Assembly (NCBI GenBank): GCA_021845725.1
Contig: JAJZVL010000003.1
Coordinates: 1,806-65,805, forward strand
Source of the DNA: Actinomycetes bacterium
Lineage (GTDB): Bacteria > Actinomycetota > Acidimicrobiia > Acidimicrobiales > RAAP-2
Length of the DNA: 64,000 bases
Reading direction: 5' to 3'
Position numbers and translations under genes: made by a program. Under the pieces are notes generated by a model. It was not told where the DNA came from. It searched no databases and saw nothing but the letters and a program-made list of their open reading frames with translations. The stretch's first letter is position 1. Each line of letters opens with the position of its first letter. Below, in pieces: positions 1 through 8,559 of this stretch.

Positions 1-1
1 G

Positions 2-766
2 ACGATCTGTGCGACGTCGTCGTTCGCGCTGCTGATTGCCGAAGAGATTGCGTCACGAGGAATGCGCGATTCGCTTCAGCTCCGCCGCGGCATCATCGGC
101 TCGGAGAGATGGGGCTCGGGAATGCGGTCCCGTATCGACGAATTGTTGAACATCGAATCGTTCGATATCTACGGTTTGACCGAGCTCTACGGCCCCGGAG
201 TGGGAATCGACTGTAGCCGTCACGACGGGATCCACGTATGGTCGGACTACTACGTGGTCGAGATCATCGATCCGGAGACTCTCGAACCTCTCCCTGCGGG
301 TCAGGAAGGCGAGATCGTCGTCACGACCTTGCGAAAGGAGGCGATGCCCCTGATCCGCTACCGGACGCGCGACAGATCCTGGCTGTACGAAGAACCGTGC
401 TCGTGCGGTAGCCCGTTCCCTCGCATCGGTCGAATTCTCGGCCGAACGGACGACGTCGTGAAAGTACGAGGCGTCGCGATCGCTCCGGCGCAGGTGGACT
501 CGGTGCTCTCGACCTTCGAGGAGCTCGGTCCCGAATACCAGATCCGCATTTCGCGGCCCGATGGCAGACGTGACCAGGTGGTCGTGCTGGTCGAAGGAGA
601 CGGTGACGCAAGCGCGGGGACAGTCGTGGCGGAGCGTCTTCGCGAGGCGATGGGGGTGCGCGTGGAAGTGGAGATCGTGAGCTACGGGACGTTACCGCGC
701 AGCGAGGGGAAAAGTCGGCGCGTCGTCGACGAGCGGTCCCCTGAGGACGCTGGAAATGTATCGTGA
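2..766 (+). CDS. paaK: Phenylacetate-CoA ligase family protein (PaaK / coenzyme F390 synthetase-like); 5' end lies outside the window
   Basis: The frame is open from the window edge. C-terminal half motifs FDIYGLTELYGPGVGIDC, EGEIVVTTL, PLIRYRTRD and GRTDDVVKVRG are typical of PaaK-type adenylate-forming ligases. Confidence 0.8.
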   Translation, partial: TICATSSFALLIAEEIASRGMRDSLQLRRGIIGSERWGSGMRSRIDELLNIESFDIYGLTELYGPGVGIDCSRHDGIHVWSDYYVVEIIDPETLEPLPAGQEGEIVVTTLRKEAMPLIRYRTRDRSWLYEEPCSCGSPFPRIGRILGRTDDVVKVRGVAIAPAQVDSVLSTFEELGPEYQIRISRPDGRRDQVVVLVEGDGDASAGTVVAERLREAMGVRVEVEIVSYGTLPRSEGKSRRVVDERSPEDAGNVS

Positions 767-891
767 CGGAGCCGTGTGATGTGCATGCGATCACCGCATG
801 AGCACGACTCCGGGTGGTGTTCCTCCGCGAGGATAGGGACGAGCACACTGCGCACAGGAGCGCGAGCGGCCGCGCACTGGTCTGGGCGCCC

Positions 892-1824
892 ATGATGGAT
901 TGGATGCCGACGTTCTTTGCGACCGGCATCGGTCAACTCCCAGAGACCCTGGTGAGCGGCATCGTCAACGGCTGCATCTACGCCTTGGCGGCCGTGAGCC
1001 TGCTCGTCGTCTACAACGTCACCGGCGTCATCAACTTCGCCGTCGGGGACTTCCTCATGGCGGGCGCGATGCTCACGCTCCTGTTCGCCGGCCCGAACGG
1101 TGATCCGCATCGGCTGCCACTCGCGCTGGCCGTGCTCTTGGCGGTGGTCATCGTGACGGCTCTGGGAGGACTGCTCGAGCTCCTCGTGATCCATCCCCGC
1201 CGCCGGTACGGGACCATCTTCCTGCTCATCCTCACGATCGGGATCTCGTCGGTGCTCGAGGGCGGTGCGCTCATCCCTACGGGCTCCCTCACCTACGGGC
1301 TCCGCCCGTTCACGTCCGGGCCCGCACTGTCGGTCGCCGGCGTCCTGATCCCACGGCAGGATTTCTGGATCGTCGGGTCCACCCTGATCGTGATGGGTCT
1401 GCTCTGGTACGGAGCAACTCGGACGAGGATTGGCAAGGCGTTGCGGGCGTGCGAGGTCAACCCGACCGCGGCTCGACTCGTCGGGATCCGGGTTGACAGG
1501 TACTGGACCATCGCATTCGCGCTCGGGGCTCTCCTGGCGGCCTTTGCGGGAGCGATCCTGGTTCCCGTGACGTATGCCACCTACAACATGGGAATTCCGA
1601 TCACGTTGAAAGCCTTCGTCGCGTGGATCCTGGGCGGCGCGGAGTCGCCGCTCGGCGCGGTGGCGGGCGGCGTGGGCTTCGGCGTGCTCGAGGCAGTGGT
1701 GCTCGGGTACTCCCCGGCATCAGTGGCGAACTACGGAGACGCCGTGCCACTCCTGCTGCTGATCGTGGCTCTCGTCATCCGTCGGCGTGGCTTGACTCGC
1801 CAGATGGCGGTGACGCGCGTATGA
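892..1824 (+). CDS. livH: Branched-chain amino acid type ABC transporter permease (LivH family)
   Basis: Multi-TM protein starting MMDWMPTFFATGIGQLPETLVSGIVNGCIYALAAVSLLVVYNVTGVINFAVGDF. The stop overlaps the next start (ATGA at 1821-1824). The ORF-track start at 814 looks like an N-terminal over-extension. Confidence 0.85.
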   Translation: MMDWMPTFFATGIGQLPETLVSGIVNGCIYALAAVSLLVVYNVTGVINFAVGDFLMAGAMLTLLFAGPNGDPHRLPLALAVLLAVVIVTALGGLLELLVIHPRRRYGTIFLLILTIGISSVLEGGALIPTGSLTYGLRPFTSGPALSVAGVLIPRQDFWIVGSTLIVMGLLWYGATRTRIGKALRACEVNPTAARLVGIRVDRYWTIAFALGALLAAFAGAILVPVTYATYNMGIPITLKAFVAWILGGAESPLGAVAGGVGFGVLEAVVLGYSPASVANYGDAVPLLLLIVALVIRRRGLTRQMAVTRV

Positions 1825-3884
1825 GCACGGTCGGTCTGCCAGCCTTGGATCGGCTGCGATCGAGAGCTGCCGCTCCAGTGTCTGTGCTGCTGGCGGACCG
1901 GTGGTGGGCGCCGGTCGGCGGTCTGGCGCTGGTGGGGGCCATGTTCTTCACGATGCCGATGTGGATGCCGGCCCTGGGCTTCCTGTCGGTCGAGGACGGA
2001 GTCACGGTCACCATCTACACCATGCTCGCCCTGGGGATGGTCCTCGTGCTCGGGTACTGCGGACAGCTCATGCTCGCCACGAACGCGGTGTTCGGAGTCG
2101 GGGCGTATGGGTTGGCGATTCTCGCGCTCCACGACGGCCTGAACCCGTGGGCAGGCATGGCCGTCTCGGCCGCTGCAGCCGGTGCCGGGGCGGCGCTCAT
2201 CGGCATCATGGTCTTCCGTTTGACCGGCCACCTCCTCGGCCTCGTCACGCTCGCCATCGGCTACATTGCGTTCATCGTCTTCGAGACGTCATCTCTCACC
2301 GGCGGTGCGAGCGGCATCAGCGTCGGGCCCAGCTTGGCGATCGGCAGTGCGGTCTTCTCCGGCGGAGAGAACAGCTTCTTCTACCTCTGCGCTGCAGCCG
2401 CGTTGATCTCGATCGTCGTCGCCCGGAACCTCGTGGTGAGCCGCACGGGAAGGGCACTGAGAGCCGTCGAAGCGAATGAAGCGGCTGCAGGCTCCGCTGG
2501 TGTCAATGCCACCCACTACAAGGTCGTCGCATTCGTCGTGGGGGCGGTCATCGCCAGCGTCGCGGGAAGCCTGTACGCCAACTACGTCGGCGTGGTCGGC
2601 GCCTCGTCGTTCACAATTCTCGTGACCATCGAGGTCCTTCTCATGGCAGTCGTCGGAGGGCTGCGCTCGATCTGGGGGGTTCCGTTCGGGGTCCTGGCCG
2701 TAGTGGTCTTCGAGGCGGCGCTTCAGTCATACGGTCCGGACTTGATCCACATCAACTCGTCCTACTTCACCACCATCGGCTTCGGCGTAGTGCTCATCCT
2801 CGTGCTCCTGCTGCTGCCCGGCGGGCTCGGGAGCGTCGGCGACAGGCTTGCTCGCATGGTCGGGTCTTCGAGATCCGATCCTGACGATGCGAACGTGGGA
2901 ACCTCGGCGGCGCGGTCCGTCGCCGCTTCGCTCGCGGGTCCCGGAGAGCCGTCAGCCAGCGGGCAGCCCGCGGTGGCGGTCGGGCTGAGGAAGGGGGCCT
3001 CGGGTCACACGAGGGGTCGAGTCGATCCGGATCCCCAGGCTCTTCTCGAAGCCGTCGCGGTGACGTGCCACTTCGAAGGACTGACCGCATTGGACGGGGT
3101 GAGCCTGGAGCTGCACGCGGGAGAGGTGGTCGGGCTGATTGGACCGAACGGAGCCGGCAAGACCACCTTCTTCAACTGCCTGTCGGGGCATGTGCAACCG
3201 TCTTCGGGCGTGGTGCGCCTCGGAGGCACCGACGTCACGGGCTTGCCCCCATATCGGATCGCCCGTCATGGGCTTGCGAGGACCTTCCAGAACATCGAGC
3301 TGTTCCCGGACATGTCGGTGCTCGAGAACGTCATGGTCGGAGCGCATCTCTGCGCGCACGCCGGAGCGGTCTCGGCCATCCTTCGCCTTCCCGGACATTG
3401 GCATGACGAGCGCGTTCTGGCTGAACGGGCGACGCACGCCCTCCAGCGCGTGGACATGGAACGACATGCGCCGCGCGCTGCCGGTACGCTCCCCTATGGC
3501 CAGCAGCGCCGAGTCGAGATCGCCAGGGCGTTGGCTGCGGAGCCCCATGTGCTGCTCCTCGATGAACCTGCTGCTGGGCTCAGCGCGTCGGAAGCGCAGG
3601 AGCTCGTCGAGCTCGTGCGAGCGCTGGCCAGCGAATCGCTGGGGATCGTCATGGTCGAGCACAACATGCGGGCGCTCATGAACGTGGCAGATCGAGTGAC
3701 CGTGCTCGACTCGGGCCGGCAGCTCCTGACGGCGCTCCCTGAGGAGGTCCGCAAGGATCCCGTCGTGATCGCGTCGTACCTTGGCACGAGCCATCTCGAC
3801 ATTTCCCACGCGCGTGCTCCCAGTGCTCCCGGTGCGAGCCCTCGGTCCGAAGACGTCTCGTACGTGCCGCAGGGCGACTCGTGA
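1821..3884 (+). CDS. Fused LivM-type permease and LivG-type ATP-binding protein in one ORF
   Basis: The N-terminal approximately 400 aa is a hydrophobic LivM-like permease. A low-complexity linker of approximately 60 aa follows, then an ABC ATPase with Walker A GPNGAGKTT, signature-like AAGLSASE and Walker B LLLDEPAAG. No stop codon separates the two halves. ATG 1821 overlaps the livH stop. Confidence 0.85.
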   Translation: MSTVGLPALDRLRSRAAAPVSVLLADRWWAPVGGLALVGAMFFTMPMWMPALGFLSVEDGVTVTIYTMLALGMVLVLGYCGQLMLATNAVFGVGAYGLAILALHDGLNPWAGMAVSAAAAGAGAALIGIMVFRLTGHLLGLVTLAIGYIAFIVFETSSLTGGASGISVGPSLAIGSAVFSGGENSFFYLCAAAALISIVVARNLVVSRTGRALRAVEANEAAAGSAGVNATHYKVVAFVVGAVIASVAGSLYANYVGVVGASSFTILVTIEVLLMAVVGGLRSIWGVPFGVLAVVVFEAALQSYGPDLIHINSSYFTTIGFGVVLILVLLLLPGGLGSVGDRLARMVGSSRSDPDDANVGTSAARSVAASLAGPGEPSASGQPAVAVGLRKGASGHTRGRVDPDPQALLEAVAVTCHFEGLTALDGVSLELHAGEVVGLIGPNGAGKTTFFNCLSGHVQPSSGVVRLGGTDVTGLPPYRIARHGLARTFQNIELFPDMSVLENVMVGAHLCAHAGAVSAILRLPGHWHDERVLAERATHALQRVDMERHAPRAAGTLPYGQQRRVEIARALAAEPHVLLLDEPAAGLSASEAQELVELVRALASESLGIVMVEHNMRALMNVADRVTVLDSGRQLLTALPEEVRKDPVVIASYLGTSHLDISHARAPSAPGASPRSEDVSYVPQGDS

Positions 3885-4678
3885 CCATGACCACCGCGAA
3901 CGATCAGCCTCTGGCGCTGAAGGTCGACGATCTCTCCGTGGCGTACGGGGCGGTCCGCGCGGTTCGCGGCGTGTCGCTCTCGCTCCGACAAGGTGAGTGC
4001 CTGGGCGTCGTCGGTGCGAACGGAGCGGGGAAGACGAGCCTGCTCGCCGGAATCTGCGGACTTGTTCGTCCCTCTGGTGGGAGGGTCTCGCTCGACGACA
4101 TCGCCATCGGGGGATTGAAAGTCGAAGAGACCGTTCGGCGGGGTCTCGTGCTGGTCCCCGAGCGGCGACAGCTCTTCGCCTCGATGTCGGTTCGCGACAA
4201 CTTGCTTCTCGGAAGCTACGTGCTCGGCCGGGAGCGGAAGGTGCCGGAGCAGCTGGAACGGGTCGAGGAGCTGTTCCCGATGCTGGCCCAGCGACGGGAG
4301 CAACGGGCTGGCACGCTCTCAGGCGGAGAGCAGCAGATGGTTGCGATCGCCCGCGGGCTCATGAGCTCGCCGCGGGTGCTAATGGTCGACGAGCCGTCCC
4401 TCGGTCTTGCCCCTGTCGTCGTCGACGCAGTGGTCGACGCACTGCGTGAACTGCGCCGACAAGGCATGACTCTGCTGATCGTGGAGCAGAACGTTCGCCT
4501 CGCCATGGCACTTGCCGACCGCCTTCTCGTGATGGAGCAGGGCGCTGTCGTGCGCCAGACGGCCGCCGATGCCGAGTTGGACGAAGAGACGCTGGTTGCG
4601 GCCTACCTCGGCGGACCCGCGGACTCAGAGTCGGATCGGCAGGCGGCCGACGAAGAAGAGGTGAGCAGGTTCGTGTGA
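3881..4678 (+). CDS. livF: ABC transporter ATP-binding protein (LivF family)
   Basis: Walker A GANGAGKTS, signature LSGGEQQMVAIARGL and Walker B LMVDEPSLGLAP. GTGA overlap with the upstream ORF. Confidence 0.9.
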   Translation: MTMTTANDQPLALKVDDLSVAYGAVRAVRGVSLSLRQGECLGVVGANGAGKTSLLAGICGLVRPSGGRVSLDDIAIGGLKVEETVRRGLVLVPERRQLFASMSVRDNLLLGSYVLGRERKVPEQLERVEELFPMLAQRREQRAGTLSGGEQQMVAIARGLMSSPRVLMVDEPSLGLAPVVVDAVVDALRELRRQGMTLLIVEQNVRLAMALADRLLVMEQGAVVRQTAADAELDEETLVAAYLGGPADSESDRQAADEEEVSRFV

Positions 4679-4739
4679 CCAAGCAGCGCCGCATCGGATC
4701 GATGGAGTCGAAGAAAACAACTAGGGCTAGGGAGGGTAC

Positions 4740-5963
4740 ATGAGCAAAGGCAAATTGAAGGCATCGCTGGCGGTCGCAACGGCATTCACGACGGCAGCGC
4801 TGACGACGCTGGCTCTGGGCGCGGGCGTGGCAGATGCGAGCGGGAAATCCTCGTCCAAAGGACCGATCATCATCGGAGTGCCGGTGGCTCTGTCTGGTGC
4901 CGAGGCGCCGATCGGGCAGGCGGACGAGAAGCTGGCTGTGGACTACGCCAAGCAGATCAATGCGCACGGTGGTATCCACGGGCGGAAGATCGAGCTGAAG
5001 ATCATGGACACGAAGACCAGCCCGACAACCGGTCTGCTCGACGCCCGTCAGATGATCAGCCAAGACCACGCAGTGGCGCTGCTCGGGATCAGCACCACGA
5101 CACTGGGCGAAGCTCTGCTGCCTCTCGTCAAGCAGGACAAGATCCCGACGCTGGCAGACATCGGTGGGGGGACATTCAACCATCCGGTCGCCCCCTACTT
5201 TTTCAAGATACCCGAGTCGGCTACAAGCGTCGCGGAGATCATGCTCGACTACATGAAGGAGCATGGCATCAGGAAGATCGCCTGGTTGGGGGTGGACTCG
5301 GCATTCGGCCAAGCGGGTCTGCCGGTGTTCGAGAAGGTCGCGAAGAAGAATGGCCAGAAGCTCCTCGACACCCTCATGTACCCGGCGACATCGACGAATT
5401 TGACGTCGTACCTGGAACGTGTGAAGGCCCTCCCTGGAGAGCAAGCGCTCCTCGTCTATGGGATTCCTCCGGGTGCGTTCATCATCCAAGGCGAGCTGGC
5501 GGCAGCCGGGATCAAGGTCCCGGTGTTCCAAGGGAACGGCGTTGCGCTCGCGACATTTCCGAAGGCCGTCGGAGCGGCGGCGAACGGGGCGATCGTCGTC
5601 GGGGGGAACCTGAACGTGTACCAGGATCTGCCAGCACGTGACCGCCAGGTCGCAGTGATCAAGTCCTTCTTGAAGCTCTATGGGAGCGCGAACAGGTTCG
5701 CCGGGGACATGTACGACTGCATGACGTTGCTGGTGAAAGCGATGAGAGCCGTGGGAACCAGTGGCCCCGCGATCGAGCGGTACCTGCAGACGAAGGTCGT
5801 GCGGGTGCCGGGCGTGACGGGAGTCTTCAGCTTCGGCCCGAAGGTCCACGGAGGAGTCCTGTCGTCCTCGCTGTCGGTGATGAAGGTCGAGGGGGGCAGA
5901 TTCAAGCTGGTTGAGACCGGGACGAAGGTGCTCAGCGCCGCCCGGCGTGGCGCAGGCAGCTGA
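4740..5963 (+). CDS. Periplasmic-type substrate-binding protein of the Liv/amide-urea cluster (LivK/LivJ-like), secreted
   Basis: N-terminal signal-like segment MSKGKLKASLAVATAFTTAALTTLALGAGVADA. Body motifs IIIGVPVALSGAEAPIGQ and KIAWLGVDSAFGQ. SD sequence GGAGGG lies 5 nt upstream of the ATG. Confidence 0.85.
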   Translation: MSKGKLKASLAVATAFTTAALTTLALGAGVADASGKSSSKGPIIIGVPVALSGAEAPIGQADEKLAVDYAKQINAHGGIHGRKIELKIMDTKTSPTTGLLDARQMISQDHAVALLGISTTTLGEALLPLVKQDKIPTLADIGGGTFNHPVAPYFFKIPESATSVAEIMLDYMKEHGIRKIAWLGVDSAFGQAGLPVFEKVAKKNGQKLLDTLMYPATSTNLTSYLERVKALPGEQALLVYGIPPGAFIIQGELAAAGIKVPVFQGNGVALATFPKAVGAAANGAIVVGGNLNVYQDLPARDRQVAVIKSFLKLYGSANRFAGDMYDCMTLLVKAMRAVGTSGPAIERYLQTKVVRVPGVTGVFSFGPKVHGGVLSSSLSVMKVEGGRFKLVETGTKVLSAARRGAGS

Positions 5964-5981
5964 GCGTCATCGAGCGCAGCC

Positions 5982-6013
5982 GGAGGCGGCGGGGCAGCGA
6001 CCTCGCCGCCTCC
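5982..6013. terminator. GC-rich hairpin between convergent genes; candidate bidirectional terminator
   Basis: Perfect 10-bp arms GGAGGCGGCG (5982-5991) and CGCCGCCTCC (6004-6013) with a 12-nt loop. It sits between the binding-protein stop (5963) and the oxidase stop (6044). There is no clear U-tract. Confidence 0.45.
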
Positions 6014-6043
6014 GTGCGGTCGCCCGCAGGTTCGTCGGATCTC

Positions 6044-7519
6044 TCAGGACAGATCGACCGCTCCGAGAATTCTTCGGGGGTCGAAGAGCGCCTTGAGTGC
6101 CGCCTGGGCATCTCGGACGTCAGGACTGGATCGTCGGAAAGCCGATTCGTTCTCCGGGCCGAGACCGTGCTCCGCGCTGAACGCGCCGTCCGCGGCCGCG
6201 ATGAGATGGTACATCGCGTCACGTAGACGGTCTTGCTCGTCGTCACGTCGTTCGGCATGCATCTCTTGGGGCCAGATGACGATGGAGTGGATCCCCCCGT
6301 CGCCGACATGCCCGAAGTCGGCATATCGGGCATGCGGCGCGCTGCCTGCCACCAACGCGATGATCTGGTCACGCGTCTCGAACAGCTGCGAGCGCGGTAC
6401 CGAAAGATCGAACGCCACCATGGGTCCCTCCTGATGAAGGGCGGTGATCGCTGCGTGGCGAAGAGCCCAGAGTGTGGCGGGACGCCCGAACCATGCGTCG
6501 GTCACCCAGCCCAGCGCTGATCCCTCGCCGACGAGCGTCGTCAAGTCGTCTTCGAGGGTCTGATGACGGTCGTTCGCGGAGTCGGAAGTGCTCAGCTCTA
6601 CGAGGATGAGGAAGGGCGGAAGGTCGGAGGTGCGCGAGGGTTCGAAGGGCCACCGAATTCCAGAAGGAAGATGCTTGGCAATGGCCTCGAGCGTCGGCCG
6701 CGACAGCATCTCGTACGCGGCGAGATGCTCCATGGCTCTTGCTTCGAGCAAGGTCAAGAAGCGCAGCACGTCGTCGCCGTCGTGCACGGCGACCAGCGCG
6801 GTGGCAACGTGCCGCGCCAAGGGGTCCACGCTGAGCACCGCCGCCGTGACGATGCCGAGCGTGCCGCTGCTGCCGATGAAGAGGTGCTTCAGGTCTGGAC
6901 CACGGTTGTCCTTGCGGAGGCGCCGGAGCAAGGGCAGCACCGTGGCATGCGCGTCCGGCAGCACCACTTCCAAGCCGAGCACATGACGCCGAACGTCGCC
7001 GTGACGGATGAGGCGGGCCCCCCCGGTGTTCGCTGCAACCATTCCTCCCACCGACGGATTGGCTCCGAGGTCGATCGGCAGGGTGAGGCCATTGCGCGCC
7101 AATAGAACATTCAGGCTGTCGAGATCGACACCGGCACTGGCCGTCACCGTCCTGTTCGGCACATCGATCTCGATCATCGAGCGACAGAGCTCCATCGAGA
7201 CGACGCCTTGATGGCGGCCGGCTCGTGGGACTCCGGCGAGAACCGGACCGGTATTCGCGCCTTGGACGACGAACTCGGCGCGCTCGGCGTATGCCCAACG
7301 GACGATCGAGCGCACGTCCTCGAGGCCCTTGGGGCGAGCTACCCAGGAGGCCGGAGAGCGGCGACCCAGCACGTCCGTGTCATACCGGATGGTGTCGTCG
7401 CGGCCCGCGATGAGCACCTGCCCCGGACCGAGGAGCTCGTCGAGACGGCCCAGGGCTTCCGCCGTCGGAGCAGAGCCGGATGCACCCGGCTCGCTCGAGA
7501 CCGGAGAAGCACCAGCCAC
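6044..7519 (-). CDS. FAD-linked oxidase (GlcD / D-lactate dehydrogenase family)
   Basis: FAD_binding_4-like N-terminus (PKGLEDVRSIVRWAYAERAEFVVQGANTG, GANPSVGGMVAANTGG) and an FAD-oxidase C-terminal domain (AEHGLG). I chose the GTG at 7519 as start because the longer ORF (to 7660) would overlap the divergent paaX-like gene. Confidence 0.8.
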   Translation of the reverse strand: MAGASPVSSEPGASGSAPTAEALGRLDELLGPGQVLIAGRDDTIRYDTDVLGRRSPASWVARPKGLEDVRSIVRWAYAERAEFVVQGANTGPVLAGVPRAGRHQGVVSMELCRSMIEIDVPNRTVTASAGVDLDSLNVLLARNGLTLPIDLGANPSVGGMVAANTGGARLIRHGDVRRHVLGLEVVLPDAHATVLPLLRRLRKDNRGPDLKHLFIGSSGTLGIVTAAVLSVDPLARHVATALVAVHDGDDVLRFLTLLEARAMEHLAAYEMLSRPTLEAIAKHLPSGIRWPFEPSRTSDLPPFLILVELSTSDSANDRHQTLEDDLTTLVGEGSALGWVTDAWFGRPATLWALRHAAITALHQEGPMVAFDLSVPRSQLFETRDQIIALVAGSAPHARYADFGHVGDGGIHSIVIWPQEMHAERRDDEQDRLRDAMYHLIAAADGAFSAEHGLGPENESAFRRSSPDVRDAQAALKALFDPRRILGAVDLS

Positions 7520-7622
7520 AAGCCTATGGTATCCGCAGAGACGACCCGCCGACTGGTGCGTTGTCCGTCCAGTGCGATGCTCGACAGGGTCTGGTGCCAG
7601 GGTCGGAAAGGAGCTGGCGAGA

Positions 7623-8444
7623 GTGGTCGCGCAGCAACCGAAGTCGATGGTTCTGAACATCTACGGCGCGTACGGTCGGCGACTCGGCGGCTGGATCTCC
7701 ATCGCGGGGCTCGTGGCGCTCCTCGGGGATCTCGGCGTCGACGAACGGGCCGCCCGTTCGGCGGTGTCCCGCATGAAGCAACGCGACCTGCTCGTGCCGG
7801 AGCGACGACAGGGCCGGATCGGATATGCGCTCACGGACTATGCGAAGGACATCCTCGAGGAGGGGGACGAGCGGATCTTCGCGAGACGACCGCCCGCCAA
7901 GCTGGAGGACGGATGGGTCGTTGCGGTCTTCTCGGTCCCGGAGTCCAAACGCGGCGAACGCCATCTCTTGAGGTCCCGGCTCGCCTGGCAGGGTTTCGGC
8001 AACGTCTCCCCCGGCGTGTGGATCGCGCCCTGGCGCCTGGCCGATGGAGCGAGACGTCTCGTCCTGCGGCTCGGCATGGACGGCTACGTCGACCTGTTCC
8101 GTGCCGACCACGAGGGGTTCGAGACGACCGCAGCACGCGTCGCTCGCTGGTGGAACCTCGATCGGTTGGGCGCCGAGTACGCCCAGTTCGCAGAGGAGCA
8201 CTCGGCCACTGCGGCGCGCTGGCGCAGGAGCGGCGGTGACGGGAGGGCCGCATTCGTCGACTACCTGCGGGTGGTGTCGGCCTGGCAACGTTTTCCCTAC
8301 CTCGATCCGGGCTTGCCTTCCGAGCTCCTTCCCCCCGCGTGGGAGGGAGAGAGGGCCGCCGAGATCTTCTTCGACCTCGTCGACCTGCTCTCCGGCCTGG
8401 GCGAGCGCTACGTCTCCACTGTGCTGAGCCGCTATTCGGCCTGA
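7623..8444 (+). CDS. paaX: PaaX-family transcriptional repressor
   Basis: Winged-helix N-terminus (MVLNIYGAYGRRLGGWISIAGLVALLGDLGVDERAARSAVSRMKQRDLL) and PaaX C-terminal signature (WQRFPYLDPGLPSELLPPAWEG). SD GGAAAGGAG lies upstream of GTG 7623. ATG 7647 is an alternative start. Confidence 0.8.
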   Translation: MVAQQPKSMVLNIYGAYGRRLGGWISIAGLVALLGDLGVDERAARSAVSRMKQRDLLVPERRQGRIGYALTDYAKDILEEGDERIFARRPPAKLEDGWVVAVFSVPESKRGERHLLRSRLAWQGFGNVSPGVWIAPWRLADGARRLVLRLGMDGYVDLFRADHEGFETTAARVARWWNLDRLGAEYAQFAEEHSATAARWRRSGGDGRAAFVDYLRVVSAWQRFPYLDPGLPSELLPPAWEGERAAEIFFDLVDLLSGLGERYVSTVLSRYSA

Positions 8445-8462
8445 GGTGCGTCCCGGCAGCCG

Positions 8463-8489
8463 ATATGGCATATTGGTGACGGTCGTCAC
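8463..8489 (+). promoter_or_regulatory. Two adjacent short palindromes just upstream of a TTGACA box; candidate operator for the Mo-hydroxylase operon
   Basis: ATATG-G-CATAT at 8463-8473 and GTGACG-GT-CGTCAC at 8476-8489. TTGACA follows at 8496-8501. All lie in a locally AT-richer patch 60-100 nt upstream of ATG 8560. Confidence 0.3.
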
Positions 8490-8559
8490 AAGAGCTTGAC
8501 ATCTGCTGGTCCCGGTGGCAGGCTCGAGGTCGAAGCGACCAGGACAGGAGCGTGCAGGT

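Noticed and set aside
1623-1820. N-terminal extensions offered by the ORF track. Examples are 1623, 814, 17184, 19241, 20536, 25109, 25432, 45577, 46131, 48316, 49002, 50962, 30788-32389, 31789-33054 and 60110-62734.
   Set aside because: In each case the extension overlaps the preceding well-supported gene. A start codon forming a 4-nt overlap, or preceded by an SD, coincides with the start of family homology.
6044-7519. FAD-linked oxidase or the FhuF-like protein as a hidden CobG
   Set aside because: CobG is a sulfite/nitrite-reductase-like Fe-S protein. Neither ORF shows that architecture, and the oxidase is 20 kb from the cob genes in an unrelated operon.
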